Under the pieces are notes generated by a model. The model was not told where the DNA came from and made no database searches. It worked only from the letters and a program-made list of their open reading frames with translations. DNA of 64,000 bases from a virus. Location: positions 33,768 through 97,767 of the IMG/VR virus record IMGVR_UViG_3300045988_011313; one strand, given 5' to 3'. This document shows, in pieces, positions 1 to 6,536 of this stretch. A program made the translations under genes and the position numbers. Every line of letters starts with the position of its first letter. Position 1 is the stretch's first letter.

Positions 1-287
1 CCTATCCAATTGAATATTAGTGTACTTAACCTAATATTCATCTCTCTTAACATATTCTCTTCCTGACCATCAGGAACCTTAGCAGTATGTTGTACTGCTA
101 TTACTCTATAAGATTTACCTTTTTTAGTGAACCAAAGAGTGTACTTGTAAATCTTATAAACCTTGAATGAGGAATGAGGTATGATTTCTCTCTGTAATAC
201 TATGTGCCCTGCATTTTCAATTCCCCTTTCACTTCTCCTTGTCTCAATGTATTTATTAAGACCTTCTATAATATCTTCTGCTTTCAT
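1..287 (-). CDS. hypothetical protein, N-terminal part only (ORF runs off the left edge)
   Basis: ATG at 285-287 on the minus strand. The frame stays open to position 1 (MKAEDIIEGLNKYIETRRSERG...). The start lies 2 nt from the stop of the upstream gene at 290. Confidence 0.5.
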   Translation of the reverse strand, partial: MKAEDIIEGLNKYIETRRSERGIENAGHIVLQREIIPHSSFKVYKIYKYTLWFTKKGKSYRVIAVQHTAKVPDGQEENMLREMNIRLSTLIFNWI

Positions 288-289
288 AG

Positions 290-829
290 TTATAGTGTCA
301 AGTCATCTTCAAATATAGTCTTTTCTCCCTGTCCTCTCATCCTACCTGACTCTCTCATTTCAGAGTTAAGTGCCTTTTCAGCCTCATTGAGGTCTTTCAC
401 AAGAGAAGGTATTTGCTTAATGAGGGCACCTGCTTCTTTCAAGTCCTTAATTTCAAGTTCATCAAACTCTTGGGCTTTTAATCTTTTCCTATACTTATCA
501 ACCATAAACCTTGTGTCTTCAAGGAGTAAAGCTGAGATTGGCTTAAAGGACTTATAAAATTCCATTGCCCCTGTTACTATTCTGTCTGGTTCCCATTTAG
601 GAGGTAATCCCTCTCCCTCTTTAATAGCTTCCATTCTTTCCTTGTCATCTACAAGGTACTGATAGTCACTTCTTGGGTCGCAGAAAAAATAAATAAACCC
701 AAGTTCCATAATAGCCTTATCCTTATTAACAGTCTTATCTCTTTGCCATATTTGTCTGAAAGGTTTAAGAGCAAAGGCTTCCTCAGATATTACTACTTTG
801 TAACCTTCATATTTGAACAATTTTATCAT
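290..829 (-). CDS. hypothetical protein (179 aa)
   Basis: ORF track. Same strand as its neighbours and tightly packed with them. No motif recognised. Confidence 0.6.
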   Translation of the reverse strand: MIKLFKYEGYKVVISEEAFALKPFRQIWQRDKTVNKDKAIMELGFIYFFCDPRSDYQYLVDDKERMEAIKEGEGLPPKWEPDRIVTGAMEFYKSFKPISALLLEDTRFMVDKYRKRLKAQEFDELEIKDLKEAGALIKQIPSLVKDLNEAEKALNSEMRESGRMRGQGEKTIFEDDLTL

Positions 830-886
830 AATCTAAGAAAAAAAAAGAGTGTATCAAGATTAGTTTTCCTGATACACTCTTTTGAG

Positions 887-1312
887 TTATATAATTAGTT
901 TCTTCTTCTCTGGTTGAATGATTGGTGAAGGAGTTGGGTCAGGAACTTCCTCATACTCTTCAATAATGAAGTCAATATCCCTATCTTGTAACAATAAGCA
1001 CTGCTTTCCATCCATCTCAACAACATCAAAGTTGTAAGTTATGATAGGGTTATCAGTGATTACTCCATCCTTTAGAGAACCTTCTCTGTGTTTCTTTACA
1101 CCAAATCTTGTAGGATTAACCCATACCAAGTCACCAACTTTAATGTCTCTAACAGAGCTGCCCACTGCAAGTACCCTCTGATATTCCTTCAAGCTGCCTT
1201 CTCTCTTAGTCACATCAATAAGACCTGCTCCTACCATCATATCATGGTCATACTTATCCATTGTAGTGATAAGTGCAGTGAACATTGGCTTTATCTTTTT
1301 TACTTTTAACAT
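887..1312 (-). CDS. GroES/Cpn10-like co-chaperonin (putative)
   Basis: IKPMFTALIT...RVLAVGSSVRDIKVGDLVWVN...LLLQDRDIDFII parallels GroES (IRPLHDRVIV...EVLAVGNG...VKVGDIVIFN...SDILAIV). By-eye alignment only. Confidence 0.5.
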   Translation of the reverse strand: MLKVKKIKPMFTALITTMDKYDHDMMVGAGLIDVTKREGSLKEYQRVLAVGSSVRDIKVGDLVWVNPTRFGVKKHREGSLKDGVITDNPIITYNFDVVEMDGKQCLLLQDRDIDFIIEEYEEVPDPTPSPIIQPEKKKLII

Positions 1313-1578
1313 TTCTTCTCCCTTATCTGTTTAATAAACTTGAGTCTCTTTTTCATACCTAACATCCTATCATAAGTGCAAGTCAATTTACCCAGTGATG
1401 GAATGTTGAAATTTGTTCTTAACTTAGCAAAATCCTCTTCATTAAGATTCTCCTTTAATGGCAAGGACTGTATGGATTGGTTAATGAATAACCAAAATGC
1501 CTTATATGTCTTATCTACCACTTCTTTAGGTAAATTCAACTCTTCAGAAACCTTACCAATTATATCAGGATAATTCAT
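1306..1578 (-). CDS. HU/IHF-like DNA-binding protein (putative)
   Basis: The N-terminus IIGKVSEELNLPKEVVDKTYKAFWLFINQSI resembles the HU/IHF helix-turn-helix start (ELIEKVAE..GLSKKDAEKAVDAF...I). Size is 90 aa. crAss-like phages are known to carry IHF-like genes. Confidence 0.5.
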   Translation of the reverse strand: MNYPDIIGKVSEELNLPKEVVDKTYKAFWLFINQSIQSLPLKENLNEEDFAKLRTNFNIPSLGKLTCTYDRMLGMKKRLKFIKQIREKKC

Positions 1579-1955
1579 TTCAATTCAAAAAGTAACAATA
1601 GTTGGAAAGTGCCAGTTTCCTCATCAATGTTAGGAATAAACCTTGGATTAATCTTGCCATCAATGATAACCTTATTCTTCCTTAGCTTGCCCATAATTAC
1701 TTGAAAGTGTGGGAGAGTGATATTACACTCTTCCCTTACTTTCTTCTTTGTATCTTCACTCATTGTAACCTTATCAAGTATCTCATTGTCCTTGATAACT
1801 TTACTGAGTTCATATCTCTGCTTAACAAAGGATGTAATTACATCAATCTCTCTATCAGTTAGCTTATGAAAAGGCTCTAAAAATTTGAACCAATACCTGA
1901 AGAAGCTTCCACTCAAAGAACATGGTACTCTAACTATATTATTAGGCTTCTTCAT
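1575..1955 (-). CDS. hypothetical protein, possible winged-helix DNA binder
   Basis: ORF track. The segment LPHFQVIMGKLRKNKVI looks like a recognition helix. Overlaps its neighbour by 4 nt. Confidence 0.55.
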   Translation of the reverse strand: MKKPNNIVRVPCSLSGSFFRYWFKFLEPFHKLTDREIDVITSFVKQRYELSKVIKDNEILDKVTMSEDTKKKVREECNITLPHFQVIMGKLRKNKVIIDGKINPRFIPNIDEETGTFQLLLLFELK

Positions 1956-1966
1956 ATATGACTATA

Positions 1967-2299
1967 CTAATCTTCAGTTTTAATATCTGGTGTTTCCCTT
2001 TCCTTGTTATCTTCCTCAGCCTCTTCAGGGACTGTCATAATTTCCTCAATCTCAGCAATACACTTTTCAAGGAAGTCCTGCTTAAACATATGTCCATTCT
2101 CTACTACCTTAAACAAGTAGTCAAGTCTCTTGAACATATTACTCATATTAGCAGCCTGTAACTTCATATACAACTGCTTAGCCTGCTCACTAAGCTGATG
2201 GGCTATGTTCTCTAACTGCTCATAAGACATCTTCTCAGGTCTCTCTGCTTCCTTTGTTACTGGTTGCATCTCTGCAACCTTTTTCTTTTGCTCTTCCAT
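1967..2299 (-). CDS. hypothetical acidic coiled-coil protein
   Basis: ORF track. Glu/Lys-rich heptad-like sequence. Confidence 0.55.
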   Translation of the reverse strand: MEEQKKKVAEMQPVTKEAERPEKMSYEQLENIAHQLSEQAKQLYMKLQAANMSNMFKRLDYLFKVVENGHMFKQDFLEKCIAEIEEIMTVPEEAEEDNKERETPDIKTED

Positions 2300-2319
2300 T
2301 TTACTTTATAATTAAGTTA

Positions 2320-2541
2320 TTAATACTCTTCGAGGTATCTATGCCCATATCTATTCTTGTAGAGGGTCTCCCATTCCTCTATTGAACATTCTCCTATATC
2401 AGTGGAGCCACACTTATCACAGTAATCTGAATCCTCCATTCTTGGAATGTTCCTAATATTCAATGATAGGCAATGCTTGCAGTATAATACTGGCACCTCA
2501 TTGTAATCATTAGGCTGATTTTCTGTGTTTAAGTTGCTCAT
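2320..2541 (-). CDS. zinc-ribbon protein
   Basis: Two CxxC pairs (CKHC ... CDKC) in 73 aa. Confidence 0.6.
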   Translation of the reverse strand: MSNLNTENQPNDYNEVPVLYCKHCLSLNIRNIPRMEDSDYCDKCGSTDIGECSIEEWETLYKNRYGHRYLEEY

Positions 2542-2812
2542 AAATCATCTTCTTTCTGTCATTCAGACTATTTTTACCATGCTTAGCATTGTTAAAAGGT
2601 CTCTTAGGATAAATAAATCCATCAAGAGATATATGACCTCTTCTGATTGCTCTCCCTACAGACTTAAACTTGCTTACTGCTTCGTAAGTTCTTAGGTGAA
2701 GAATACCTCTTTCATAGAAATCTCCTACAGTATCTACTCTATTCTTCTTTATGTAATCCTTGAACTCCTCTTCACTCATCAAGGGTCTTTCTATTGTCTT
2801 CTGCTCTTCCAT
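2510..2812 (-). CDS. hypothetical basic protein (100 aa)
   Basis: ORF track. Overlaps the downstream gene by 32 nt. Confidence 0.5.
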   Translation of the reverse strand: MEEQKTIERPLMSEEEFKDYIKKNRVDTVGDFYERGILHLRTYEAVSKFKSVGRAIRRGHISLDGFIYPKRPFNNAKHGKNSLNDRKKMIYEQLKHRKSA

Positions 2813-2824
2813 TTTTATAATGTT

Positions 2825-3022
2825 TTATTTAAAGTAGATTAATACAAACTGACCATTTTCTTTAAGTAGAGAAACTATATCCTCCCTCTTAATCCCTTCC
2901 TCACTGGCTGACCTTACAATACCCCTGATTGTAGTATCAGTTAATGCAGTCATAATTTGATGAACCTCTGAACCATTGGTCTTTTTGGTTCTTGTCATCT
3001 TTGTCTTTTCTATCTCTTCCAT
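2825..3022 (-). CDS. hypothetical small protein (65 aa)
   Basis: The track ORF 2825-3145 is trimmed to the internal Met at 3020-3022, because its upstream part overlaps the tRNA at 3037-3109. Confidence 0.45.
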   Translation of the reverse strand: MEEIEKTKMTRTKKTNGSEVHQIMTALTDTTIRGIVRSASEEGIKREDIVSLLKENGQFVLIYFK

Positions 3023-3036
3023 ATTACCTAAATTAG

Positions 3037-3109
3037 TTGCGGGGGAGAGACTCGAACTCTCAACCTCAAGGTTATGAGCCTTGCTAGCTACCATTGCTAT
3101 CACCCCACG
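3037..3109 (-). tRNA. tRNA-Met: tRNA-Met(CAT), initiator-like
   Basis: Cloverleaf drawn by eye. Anticodon loop CTCATAA, T arm GAGAG-TTCGAGT-CTCTC. Position 1-72 is a C-A mismatch, as in bacterial initiator tRNA. Confidence 0.8.
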
Positions 3110-3120
3110 ATGTATATTTG

Positions 3121-3192
3121 AGCAGATAGTGGGAATCGAACCCACACATTAACATTGGAAGTGTTACATACTAACCTTTATACTATACCTGC
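3121..3192 (-). tRNA. tRNA-Gly: tRNA-Gly(TCC)
   Basis: Acceptor GCAGGTA/TATCTGC, anticodon arm TAACA-CTTCCAA-TGTTA, T arm GTGGG-TTCGATT-CCCAC. Confidence 0.85.
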
Positions 3193-3197
3193 ATTTG

Positions 3198-3270
3198 AGT
3201 AGATAATCAGACTTGAACTGACCCCTTGACATTGGCAATGTCATATGCTAACCACTAACACCATACCTAC
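3198..3270 (-). tRNA. tRNA-Gly: tRNA-Gly(GCC)
   Basis: Acceptor GTAGGTA/TATCTAC, anticodon arm TGACA-TTGCCAA-TGTCA, T loop TTCAAGT. Confidence 0.85.
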
Positions 3271-3277
3271 ATTATAG

Positions 3278-3351
3278 AGCCTCCTGAAGGATTTGAACCC
3301 TCTCTTCCTGTTTACAAGACAGGCTTGCTAAACCATTAACACTAAGGAGGC
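3278..3351 (-). tRNA. tRNA-Thr: tRNA-Thr(TGT)
   Basis: Acceptor GCCTCCT/AGGAGGC, anticodon arm CCTGT-CTTGTAA-ACAGG, T loop TTCAAAT. Confidence 0.85.
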
Positions 3352-3355
3352 ATTG

Positions 3356-3439
3356 TAGTCTAAGAGGGATTTGAACCCTCAATCCCTAAAGGGCGAGGGA
3401 TTTTAAGTCCCTTGTGTATTCCAGTTCCACCATTAGACC
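3356..3439 (-). tRNA. tRNA-Leu: tRNA-Leu(TAA), long variable arm
   Basis: Anticodon loop CTTAAAA, long variable arm, T arm GAGGG-TTCAAAT-CCCTC. The 5' end overlaps the HNH stop codon by a few nt. Confidence 0.8.
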
Positions 3440-3900
3440 ATTTTATTTTTCCCTCTGTAATTGTCTGTCAGAGCATGACAATTAGGACATAAGAGCTGTA
3501 AATTACCTATTTCATTATTACTATTATTACCATCTTTGTGATGCAGCTCTAAAGGTATCTTTTGTCCTTGCCATTCAGACAACCCACATCTCTCACATCT
3601 ATATTCTTTTATATTTTCTGAAAGTAATCTTCTCTTTAGATTGTTTGAGTTATATCTTGAAGGATTTACAAGAATCCTACTAAGAGGGAATTTCTTAACT
3701 ACTGGAGAATATCTTTCACCAGAGTTCCATCCCTGACCTGTAAAGTGGGAAGTATCTATATTGTATAAATCAATTGCTTGATGTATAGTTCTGTAATTCC
3801 CTCCTACAGGCTTTATATGCAGGTATCTACATACTTGTGCTATACTAAGACTGTTTCTTATAGCCTCTTCATATACTTCTCTACTTCTCAGTTTTGTCAT
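3433..3900 (-). CDS. HNH homing endonuclease
   Basis: CERCG...ELHHKDGNNSNNEIGNLQLLCPNCH is a classic HNH (CxxC...HH...N...CxxC-H) motif. The gene is inserted between two tRNA blocks. Confidence 0.9.
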   Translation of the reverse strand: MTKLRSREVYEEAIRNSLSIAQVCRYLHIKPVGGNYRTIHQAIDLYNIDTSHFTGQGWNSGERYSPVVKKFPLSRILVNPSRYNSNNLKRRLLSENIKEYRCERCGLSEWQGQKIPLELHHKDGNNSNNEIGNLQLLCPNCHALTDNYRGKNKMV

Positions 3901-4346
3901 TAGTAAGGTCTTATATCACATAAGTGGAATAAGTAGTCATACTTATTGATATTCTGAATAAAGGTCTCACATTCAGATGTTATACCTTTATATATGGTCT
4001 CTTGAGGAATCTTATCATAGAATGCAATAGTAGCAGACTTAACTTCACTTATAAAGTCAAAAGCATTCAGTGCATCACTTGGAGTTCCTTTGATTACATT
4101 AGGTTGCATCTTACCAAGTATTCCCATATACCCTTCTGCAAGCCCATCCTGATAATCTGACAATATATCAAGGAACTCATCAAGATATACATGGATATTC
4201 TTCTTAGGTGCTGCCCAATGCAGATTCTTACACTTAGTCTTCCAACCTTCAAGCTGATTTAAGAAGTTGATAAAGAGCTGAGAACCAGACACTTCAGTAC
4301 TTCTGCTTGATTCCATTGGGGTAAATAGATTATCTTCTCCAAACAT
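3900..4346 (-). CDS. Dps/ferritin-like four-helix-bundle protein (putative)
   Basis: KNLHWAAPKKNIHVYLDEFLDILSDYQDGLAE resembles the Dps ferroxidase region (K..HWN..G.NF...H..LD). TAATG overlap with the HNH gene. Promoter 4367-4398 lies directly upstream. Confidence 0.45.
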   Translation of the reverse strand: MFGEDNLFTPMESSRSTEVSGSQLFINFLNQLEGWKTKCKNLHWAAPKKNIHVYLDEFLDILSDYQDGLAEGYMGILGKMQPNVIKGTPSDALNAFDFISEVKSATIAFYDKIPQETIYKGITSECETFIQNINKYDYLFHLCDIRPY

Positions 4347-4366
4347 ATTCTCTTATTTTGATGGTG

Positions 4367-4398
4367 CAAAGATAAGTATTTTAATTGAAATATGCAAG
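4367..4398 (-). promoter_or_regulatory. Bacteroidota-type promoter (cTTG-N20-TAtcTTTGCA)
   Basis: Minus strand reads cTTGCATATttcaattaaaatactTAtcTTTGCAcc. The -7 box is complementary to 4367-4374 and the -33 box to 4395-4398. It lies about 20 nt upstream of the start codon at 4346. Confidence 0.6.
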
Positions 4399-4425
4399 TA
4401 AAATACTATATTTTTTTTTTATTTT

Positions 4426-4746
4426 TTAAAAATAAAATACAGAGAGTAGAGTATAAGCTATTTTTGCCCATATACTCTGATTTATATTTAAATCTACTGT
4501 ACCTGTCCTTCTTCTTTTTATATGTAAAAAGTATAATAGATTATGTGCTCTCCATTCATTAACCATACCAAATATACTTCTCTTGTGTATAGCATAAGAA
4601 TTATCACATGTGTTTCTTATCTTCTTTAAGACATTAACCATGTCATTTATTCTCCTTATCCTATAAGAGTCTGTTATAGAAGTATTATAGGTACTTAAAA
4701 GCACATTAATAATGTACTCACTATATTTAATATTAATCATTTTCAT
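4426..4746 (-). CDS. hypothetical protein (106 aa)
   Basis: ORF track. Lies between tRNA-Leu(TAG) and the promoter. No motif recognised. Confidence 0.4.
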   Translation of the reverse strand: MKMINIKYSEYIINVLLSTYNTSITDSYRIRRINDMVNVLKKIRNTCDNSYAIHKRSIFGMVNEWRAHNLLYFLHIKRRRTGTVDLNINQSIWAKIAYTLLSVFYF

Positions 4747-4748
4747 AG

Positions 4749-4837
4749 TACCCTCTAAGAGACTCGAACTCTTACACTACTATTACTTCATGTCTGCTTC
4801 TAAGGCAGATGTGTCTACCAAATTCCACCAAGAGGGC
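4749..4837 (-). tRNA. tRNA-Leu: tRNA-Leu(TAG), long variable arm
   Basis: Acceptor GCCCTCT/AGAGGGT, anticodon arm TCTGC-CTTAGAA-GCAGA, T loop TTCGAGT. Confidence 0.85.
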
Positions 4838-5029
4838 ATATAGCCTTTGACCACCTTCGGCTATTAAAGTGAATGATACGACATTCATTAGGGGCTAGTC
4901 TTACTCTGTAAATATTATTAATATTCAGAAACCCTAAGAGTTACGTTGCTACATATAATCTAGAACTCATAGCTTTGTTAGTTCTTTTTAAGTGCTCACA
5001 TACCTTGGTTAAATATGCAAGCACTACTG

Positions 5030-5104
5030 TGGGTGCTCAAAGAATCGAACTTTGTTCTAAGGATTTTCAGTCCTCCGCAATGTAACCATACCTGCCCAAC
5101 ACCC
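5030..5104 (-). tRNA. tRNA-Phe: tRNA-Phe(GAA)
   Basis: Acceptor GGGTGTT/GAGCACC, anticodon loop CTGAAAA, T loop TTCGATT. Confidence 0.85.
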
Positions 5105-5172
5105 ATAATGACTTATTTGTGTCTCTACCCACATCACTTTCCATAAGTCAAGGACAAAGATTTCTATTGAAG

Positions 5173-5255
5173 TGGGGCAGAAAGGAATTGAACCTTAAAT
5201 AGCCTGAGGCAGTGGATTTACAGTCCACACTAATTCACCACATTAAAGCTACCCC
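5173..5255 (-). tRNA. tRNA-Tyr: tRNA-Tyr(GTA), long variable arm
   Basis: Acceptor GGGGTAG/CTGCCCC, anticodon arm GTGGA-CTGTAAA-TCCAC, T loop TTCAATT. Confidence 0.85.
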
Positions 5256-5291
5256 ATATAATATTTATTACTCACTCCAACATCAAAGGAA

Positions 5292-5399
5292 CTATATTCC
5301 AATTGGAATAGTTCCTGTAGGTGTCCAAGCATAAGACTTAGCAGCCTGTCTAAAATATGCCTTAGCACCTTTCTTAATTAATGAAATAACCTTTTTCAT
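5292..5399 (-). CDS. possible micro-ORF (35 aa) inside the tRNA array
   Basis: Hand translation gives MKKVISLIKKGAKAYFRQAAKSYAWTPTGTIPIGI*. It is below the ORF-track cutoff and has no supporting motif. Confidence 0.2.
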   Translation of the reverse strand: MKKVISLIKKGAKAYFRQAAKSYAWTPTGTIPIGI

Positions 5400-5435
5400 A
5401 ACAATTAAAAATTTGAAGTTAATAATATGTTATGT

Positions 5436-5507
5436 TCCCCCATAAGGAATCGAACCTTACTCTCCAGATTAAAAGTCTAGAGCATCCACCATCAATGCTT
5501 TGGGGGA
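5436..5507 (-). tRNA. tRNA-Lys: tRNA-Lys(TTT)
   Basis: Acceptor TCCCCCA/TGGGGGA, anticodon loop CTTTTAA, T loop TTCGATT. Confidence 0.85.
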
Positions 5508-5529
5508 GTATTTGCCAAGGTTGAGGTTG

Positions 5530-5602
5530 TGCTCCCACAAGGACTTGAACCTTGAGTCCCCTGTTTAAGAGACAGGTGCTTTAACCAATTCAGCTATAGG
5601 AG
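5530..5602 (-). tRNA. tRNA-Lys: tRNA-Lys(CTT)
   Basis: Acceptor GCTCCTA/..GGGAGC, anticodon arm CCTGT-CTCTTAA-ACAGG, T loop TTCAAGT. Confidence 0.85.
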
Positions 5603-5604
5603 CA

Positions 5605-5856
5605 TTATTTCTTTTCATACTTTTCAGACCATGCCTTAGTAATACCTGCTGATGCAAATACTCCAGCAACAGCACCTATATAAGCAGCAAGACCATTAAG
5701 GTCTGTCTGTATGGTATGATTATAACATATTTCTATTATAAGAAGTACAGCAGGAACTGATAGTAGGATTAAACCTATTAAAGTAACTGCCACTAAGAAG
5801 AAGTTCTTTGAAGAAATTCCTGTATTGTTCTTTATAAGTTTATCTATATAACACAT
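5605..5856 (-). CDS. small membrane protein (83 aa, two hydrophobic helices)
   Basis: The track ORF 5605-5883 is trimmed to the Met at 5854-5856 because the extension overlaps tRNA-Cys. Hydrophobic helices: FFLVAVTLIGLILLSVPAVLLII and LAAYIGAVAGVFASAGI. Confidence 0.5.
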   Translation of the reverse strand: MCYIDKLIKNNTGISSKNFFLVAVTLIGLILLSVPAVLLIIEICYNHTIQTDLNGLAAYIGAVAGVFASAGITKAWSEKYEKK

Positions 5857-5858
5857 AG

Positions 5859-5933
5859 ACTTGGAGGTGGGATTTGAACCCACGAATCATCAGATTTGCA
5901 GTCTGTGCCCTTAGACCACTTAGGTACTCCAAG
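5859..5933 (-). tRNA. tRNA-Cys: tRNA-Cys(GCA)
   Basis: Acceptor CTTGGAG/CTCCAAG, anticodon loop CTGCAAA, T arm GTGGG-TTCAAAT-CCCAC. Confidence 0.8.
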
Positions 5934-5937
5934 ATAG

Positions 5938-6014
5938 TACTGGCAGAGGGGATTGAACCCACATGCAACCTATTACCCTTTCTACTGTGTATAAGACAGA
6001 GGGGATATGCCAGT
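5938..6014 (-). tRNA. atypical tRNA-like gene, candidate anticodon TAT (Ile)
   Basis: Perfect 7-bp acceptor ACTGGCA/TGCCAGT and a T arm with loop TTCAATC. However, only 8 nt separate the acceptor from a 4-bp hairpin, CTGT-CTTATAC-ACAG. A 22-nt segment containing a D-loop-like TAATAGGTTG follows that hairpin. Confidence 0.5.
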
Positions 6015-6018
6015 ATAT

Positions 6019-6095
6019 TGGGGTGTTAGATGGGATTTGAACCCACGCCATAAGGAGCCACAATCCTCTGCTCTACCTGACTGAGCTACTAACAC
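6019..6095 (-). tRNA. tRNA-His: tRNA-His(GTG), 3' CCA encoded
   Basis: GTGTTAG-TA-GCTC-AGTCAGGTA-GAGC-A-GAGGA-TTGTGGC-TCCTT-ATGGC-GTGGG-TTCAAAT-CCCAT-CTAACAC, followed by C-CCA. Confidence 0.85.
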
Positions 6096-6097
6096 AG

Positions 6098-6169
6098 TGC
6101 TGATGGAAAGACTCGAACTTTCAACTACTGCCTTATGAGAGCAGCCTTCTACCATTGAAGTACATCAAC
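6098..6169 (-). tRNA. tRNA-Met: tRNA-Met(CAT), elongator type (or Ile2 if lysidine-modified)
   Basis: Acceptor GTTGATG/CATCAGC with G1-C72 paired, anticodon arm CTGCT-CTCATAA-GGCAG, T loop TTCGAGT. Confidence 0.8.
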
Positions 6170-6190
6170 TATTACTCTTCTTGACCAATG

Positions 6191-6267
6191 TTGGGATGGT
6201 GAGAATTGAACTCACCTGTAACCAACTACTCTTTCAGCTGCTTATCAGACAGAGGAGATACATCCCA
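6191..6267 (-). tRNA. atypical tRNA-like gene, candidate anticodon GAT (Ile); paralog of 5938-6014
   Basis: Perfect acceptor TGGGATG/CATCCCA and T arm GTGAG-TTCAATT-CTCAC. Shares the rearranged core of 5938-6014: TA-TCTCCT-CTGT-CTGATAA-GCAG, then a 22-nt segment containing TAGTTGGTTA, which is a D-loop-like motif. Confidence 0.5.
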
Positions 6268-6272
6268 ATATG

Positions 6273-6345
6273 CTGAGAAGATAGGAATTGAACCCATAAC
6301 TGCTGGTTTTGGAGACCAGTGCTCTACCAATTGAGCTACTTCCCA
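6273..6345 (-). tRNA. tRNA-Trp: tRNA-Trp(CCA)
   Basis: Acceptor TGGGAAG/CTTCTCA, D arm GCTC-AATTGGTA-GAGC, anticodon arm CTGGT-CTCCAAA-ACCAG. Confidence 0.85.
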
Positions 6346-6354
6346 ATTACTTAG

Positions 6355-6427
6355 TTGCAGGTAGTGGATTTGCACCACTGGTCTCCCCATTAAGGGTAGG
6401 GCGAGATTACTACTTCTCTAACCTGCT
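6355..6427 (-). tRNA. degenerate tRNA-like gene, Lys(CTT)-like, possibly a pseudogene
   Basis: Cloverleaf dimensions are normal. Three features deviate: the anticodon loop CCCTTAA has C at position 33, the T loop is TGCAAAT (G at 55), and positions 1-72 form an A-A mismatch. Confidence 0.35.
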
Positions 6428-6536
6428 AAAACATCAAATCATTGATTACTTCTTCTTATTGCACTCAGAGAACTTTCAGAAATGATGTCATCAAGTATTG
6501 CAAGCTACTTGACTAAACTTCTTGCAAAAGTTTTTG

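Noticed and set aside
204-2161. Plus-strand ORFs 204-557, 1088-1309, 1376-1573 and 1958-2161.
   Set aside because: They are antisense to a continuous, overlapping minus-strand operon and have no motifs.
2825-3145. N-terminal extensions of three track ORFs: 2825-3145 (MGSIPTICSN...), 5605-5883 (MGSNPTSKS...) and 14961-15398 (MLHKITLV...).
   Set aside because: The extensions are translations of tRNA or tmRNA sequence on the same strand. Internal Met codons immediately after the RNA genes give sensible starts.
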